The notes beneath the pieces were generated by a model. That model made no database searches, was not told the origin of the DNA, and was given only the letters and a program-made list of their open reading frames with translations. 64,000 nt of DNA from Tubiluchus corallicola. Taxonomy: Eukaryota > Animalia > Priapulida. This document shows, piece after piece, positions 59,374-64,000 of the stretch; within the stretch, counting starts at the first letter, position 1, and each line of letters starts with the position of its first letter. The stretch is from positions 372,001 to 436,000 of the forward strand of contig JAQGDQ010000032.1 of the NCBI GenBank assembly GCA_030141605.1, in the 5' to 3' direction. A program made the translations under genes and the position numbers.

Positions 59374-62300
59374 CTGAAAGAAAAAAGTAACAACTGTTAT
59401 TATTAATAATAATTCAACACTTCTTTAATGGAAATGACAGCAATAACAATACTGAATTGCTAATTGACTTGACAGACAATTATTGACTTGATAGACAATT
59501 CAAGATAATTATTAAACATTGGTCCTTAAAAAGTAAGTTGCCAATGGGCGTGTTCCAATAAACAAGTATGTAGTATAAAATCATTCTATTTGTTACAAAT
59601 AAAAAGAATATACATTCCATTCACTTGGCTTTTAGTACAAAAACAGAAATTCCACAAAAAATTGTTCACAGCGACACACAAATAAAACATGTAGTGACAA
59701 CCACTAGGTAAAACCGTTTTTATAACTTATGAAGATGTATATTAATCTGAAAGACTGTGGCAACATTGCTTAAAAAGTACAGAATTATGATTGAATTTCG
59801 TGATAAAATAAGAAAAATATAATTGTAAGTTGATTTCAATACTGATTTAAACTATGATATAATAAACTTAAATTGAGAAACAGATCTAAAACTTTTTTAA
59901 GAGATTAAAACTTCCCCACGCAGATTTGTTTTCGGATTTAAATATAATAAAAGAAGAGACGATAGCTAATTTTGCAGTTTTCAGTTTGAAATCTTTAAAC
60001 TTCGTGTGGTTCCGATGTCATGCTGTAAGTTTACGGAAACTACTTAACCTCTTTTCTTGTCAATTGCTACTCCCAAATCCCAATCTCAATTGCGAAATAT
60101 TGCACTTCAATGTCTACGATCACGTACTTTTTCAATGTTCAGGTTAGAGGGACTGTCAGCTCGAACATGAATAGTTTATTCAGCAATTTACCAAATAGTA
60201 GTTTGGTCAATGTGTATCAACCGGCATAATGGTCATTTTACATTCAAAGTGAGCAAAGAGTAGTAATTCAATTAGTTGCAGCGCGGTCAGAAACCTTAGC
60301 AGATTTATAAGCTCGCAGTAAGTTACTTGCTGATAAAATGTCTATCGGAAGAACTCCCTGTAGTCTCAACGGCAACTATGCTCATTTGGACTCAAAGTAA
60401 TAACTCCCAATCCCAAACACCACGCGCTATTCGTTTAATAGTGATAGCAATGCCGGCACTAATAGGCTCACTAACAGTGTGTAAAAATTTAGTTAAAAAT
60501 CACCCTGCAGTTAGCTTTCAAATAAAAGAAGAAAAATACAGATCATAAGGTAAGTACAGAAAGGGTAAACTTTGGCATGGCGGTCTCTCTGCCTGTCTGC
60601 CCAACAAGCACAGCGTCCTACTTCGCAAGGTAGCTACGTCAAGTTGATCCAGACCCACAGCCTGTTCAGTATATGAATATATATGAAAAGTGGGATACCT
60701 TTCATATCTATCATCAATCACTTGAAATATAGCACACCACCCAGATAAGTGCGAAAGCTCAAAAAATTTCAAAAATTTTCTTCCTTCGCCTTGTTCATAT
60801 ATTCAAAACACTTAAATGCTTTTCATCAAAACAGCCAGAGGTCATATTCCTATACCACAACAGAATTAACTCTTCCTGAGAGAAATCACAGCACTGAAAT
60901 AATACAACACAAATTAATTTGGGCTAACGATGGGTTTTCGTAAAAAAGCTGTACACATCCAATTAAGCAAATAAACGTGTGAACAGTATTAAATAATAAA
61001 AGGCAATCTCTAGAGCTTAAAAAGTTATATACCTTATTCACTGTGCTCATGAACAATCCACGAAAGATACTAAAAATAATTGAGTATCAGCAGGCGTTAG
61101 AAGTCAAGATACAAGAGCATGTGTTGCAAAAATAATTAGTTCAGCTTATCGTTACTATAGTGCAGCATAGACAGTGGTTTTTTTCGTGAGAAGTTTTTCT
61201 AACTCCGAAACATCTCTTAGGTTTCATACCAGGCTGAATAACGTCTCTCAGGCTGAAATTACAAAAGCAAGGCGCCCGTAATTAATTTTGCGAAATCAGT
61301 CCCTTCAAAGCTCTAAACGGCAAAAGGAAAGTAAGGCCTGGGAGTTTAAAGGCAATCGGTGAGTGGCACCGACGTCTACTCAATTCCACACCAATGTTTA
61401 ATATAGATCGATAGACGTTGGCTTCGCGCGCTGATCAATTCTACAAACCCAATTCTGTTGACGACTGGGAAGCCACATGCTGTATGTACAAGACCCGAAA
61501 TTCGAATCACTTGACTAAAATCCCCGAAGCTGCGATAAACAAATAAGAGTTCTTAAATTACGTTGTTGCCATAACAATGCAGCTATAGATTTTACAGAAT
61601 CAACTTAAGAATTACAAAGAAAAAAGAAAATCGTGATTGTTCATAATTATTAATATATTTTGCAGCAATTTTCATAGACAAGAAAAAGTAAAAAATTCTT
61701 TCAAGGACGTATATATGTAATCTATCATACGACAAGTTAACAATTAGGGTAATTTCATGGTTACTTCCAATGAGATGTGCAACCATTAATGTACTTCCAG
61801 CTTGTGCAAAGCACCCAGCGTAAATTCACAGACACTTTACACAGGGGTTAATTTTCGGGCAAGAATGCCAGAGCAAGATTTGTACAAACAGCACGTGCGC
61901 AGAGACTCTGACTTAACAAATACTACATTGTAATTTATACTGCAATTTCTGCTCTATAACAATCACGTCTGAAATGTGATACTATATGGTGCAAACCGAA
62001 TAACTTCTGAAACAAAATACAAACTTTACCCATACACCGCACATTCAGTGGAATAATATCATTATCATCATTGAATAGCCACTACCCAGTTTCTCTTTTC
62101 TTTCTCTAAACATTCCGCATCGTCATCATCAGCAATGCCACCACGACACTGTCGTCCAAAACTAATGTTTTTTGTTGCACTACAACTTAACAAGCAACTT
62201 AAAAATGGATAACTAAGTTTATAACTTTCAACAATCTTTTTTTTCATTCTGCAAGCTTAAAGGACAAATCCTTCTTCCTTCCTTTCTTGATTAGAAAATG

Positions 62301-64000
62301 AAATGAAATAAAAACGCCGATTATTCCGCTAATCGGTCGCTATTAGTTCCTTAGCCCAATCTTTTGAAGCAATGACATTTTGACTCATTACCATTATTAC
62401 TAAGTGTTTTGCTGACGATTGAAGGTGGTGTTGTACATAGTACACACAGTCATTGGTTTAAAATTAATTATTCCAGATTTTTGTTTATGAACTATAAGCG
62501 ACGATAGCTACATAGCCTGAAATGTACCTTCTTTGTAAGCCAATAAGTTTGGAAAAGATCGAGAGAAGACATAGGTAGGCTAGCAACTTCCTAGATTTTT
62601 AAATTTCGACCAACGAAGAAAAAATTCACTTTTGTTTATTTCCTGTGATTATTTTTTTCAATAATATTTATATAAAGCATAAATCAACATCATTGCCAAT
62701 GTTTTAGCTTTGCTAAGTCCCCGTTTGCCAGTAAGGTTTACATGAAGCATTAGTAGCAAATGCCAATATTTTAGCTTACCTAAATTTTGATTTATAATGT
62801 TGTATGTAAAACAGCGAGTCCAACCTCCAACTTAAAGAAAAACGCTGAAACTCAAAAATAAATGAACGAAACATTGCTTATTATCAAACGCAGTTATCAA
62901 GTACATAATTTATATCATGTGCCTTAAGTTATTTACTGAATTATCGTCTGGCTTAATACAACAGATGGACGTTTTTAAGCCATTATTTGCGCATGGAATT
63001 AATGTACAACAGCAAGTATGACCGACTAGCTTGTGGTAAAGTTTTGGCACAGGGCCAAAATGCCAGCCGAATAAAAACAAACAAATAAGAAGTCATCTGA
63101 ACAAATATTTTTTACAAAATTTGTTTTAGCAGTCTTGTTAGTGCGCCACTTTTTTATCAAACACTAATTTTGTTTACAGCTAGTAGAACCTAGGATTGTC
63201 GTTAGTAGATACTATTCTAGATTGCCAATCAAAAATCGTAAAATGACTGACTGGTATGGTGCCATATTGTATGTCGCAGTATACATTGTATATTCAATTG
63301 CTTGTCAATTGTATGTATTTTAATGGCAATAAAGAATTTATCTATTTATCTAGTAATCAGTTTATATAATTATGTAATAATTATGTGTGCGGTTATTGTT
63401 GTGAGTAGGCCTATACAATTAAGGACAAATTCTCACTATATATACAGTGGCAAACATTGCAACTTATGTCTAATCCGATAATCGATTAAAAAATAAGAGA
63501 AGATACACTGGCAATCAGAAGAGAAATTTGCGCCGTCTACAGTAAAATTGAATGTGCCTTGCTTAAATCTGCGCTACGCACGTGACTTGAGCAACCAATT
63601 TTACATTATTTACGCAGAACTCGTTATAACGCGTGGTCATACTGAAAATAAAAACCATGTCTGCGTAGACACACATTCCTACAAAACACCAAACACTGAG
63701 TCGCTTATTTCTACCAGCATCTAGCAAATAGCTACAGCGCGCTTAAAAACCAAACTGGTTTTTTACATTTTTTTAACTCGCTCACAGCTTGTCACTGTAA
63801 CGTAATTTTGCACCTGGCTCAGCTAGACGGCAGCTGAATGGCTAAACTTGTTACCATTGAAACTTTCTGTTAACACAAGTGTATTCGCAAAACAGCAAGA
63901 CTGCCCTTACTATAATAATGAGATAATTAATAGCACGAATAAATTTCAAATGCTAACTGGAAGGTGACCCTAAGTAAGCCCCCCATAAATCTAAACTACA

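Noticed and set aside
57900-64000. Ecdysone response elements or ROREs in the HR3 5' region
   Set aside because: I saw only degenerate half-sites, not distinguishable from chance by eye.

Overview
AT-rich, intron-rich invertebrate genomic window. It is probably arthropod, judged from the HR3 sequence, but this is not certain. Reading splice sites by hand gives seven protein-coding loci. (1) The 5' part of an SPPL2 intramembrane protease gene (minus strand; exons 17246-17320, 12559-12669, 7722-7790; absent from the ORF track), whose remaining exons appear to lie left of base 1. (2-3) Two tandem, same-strand paralogous genes for secreted proteins that would therefore sit inside an SPPL2 intron. 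One is complete and encodes a 224-aa Gly/Tyr/Arg-rich protein. Both share a TATA box plus a paired-box (Pax)-like motif at identical spacing. (4) Rab11 (plus, 6 coding exons), divergent from SPPL2. (5) GK5 with an intronless CDS. (6) DNAJA1-type Hsp40 (minus, 7 coding exons, HSE-containing promoter). (7) The nuclear receptor HR3/ROR (minus, 9 confirmed coding exons), with an inferred ~4.5-kb 3' UTR carrying let-7 sites. Introns hold many transposon remnants: a 3.6-kb Sola2-like element with ~670-bp inverted repeats, pogo/Tigger and hAT MITEs, a Mutator-like foldback element, two copies of an RNase H LINE, a CR1 fragment and a tRNA/5S hybrid SINE. I found no prokaryotic-type system such as CRISPR. 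The best novelty candidate is the intron-nested, co-regulated secreted-protein gene cluster. All calls are by eye; no database searches were run.
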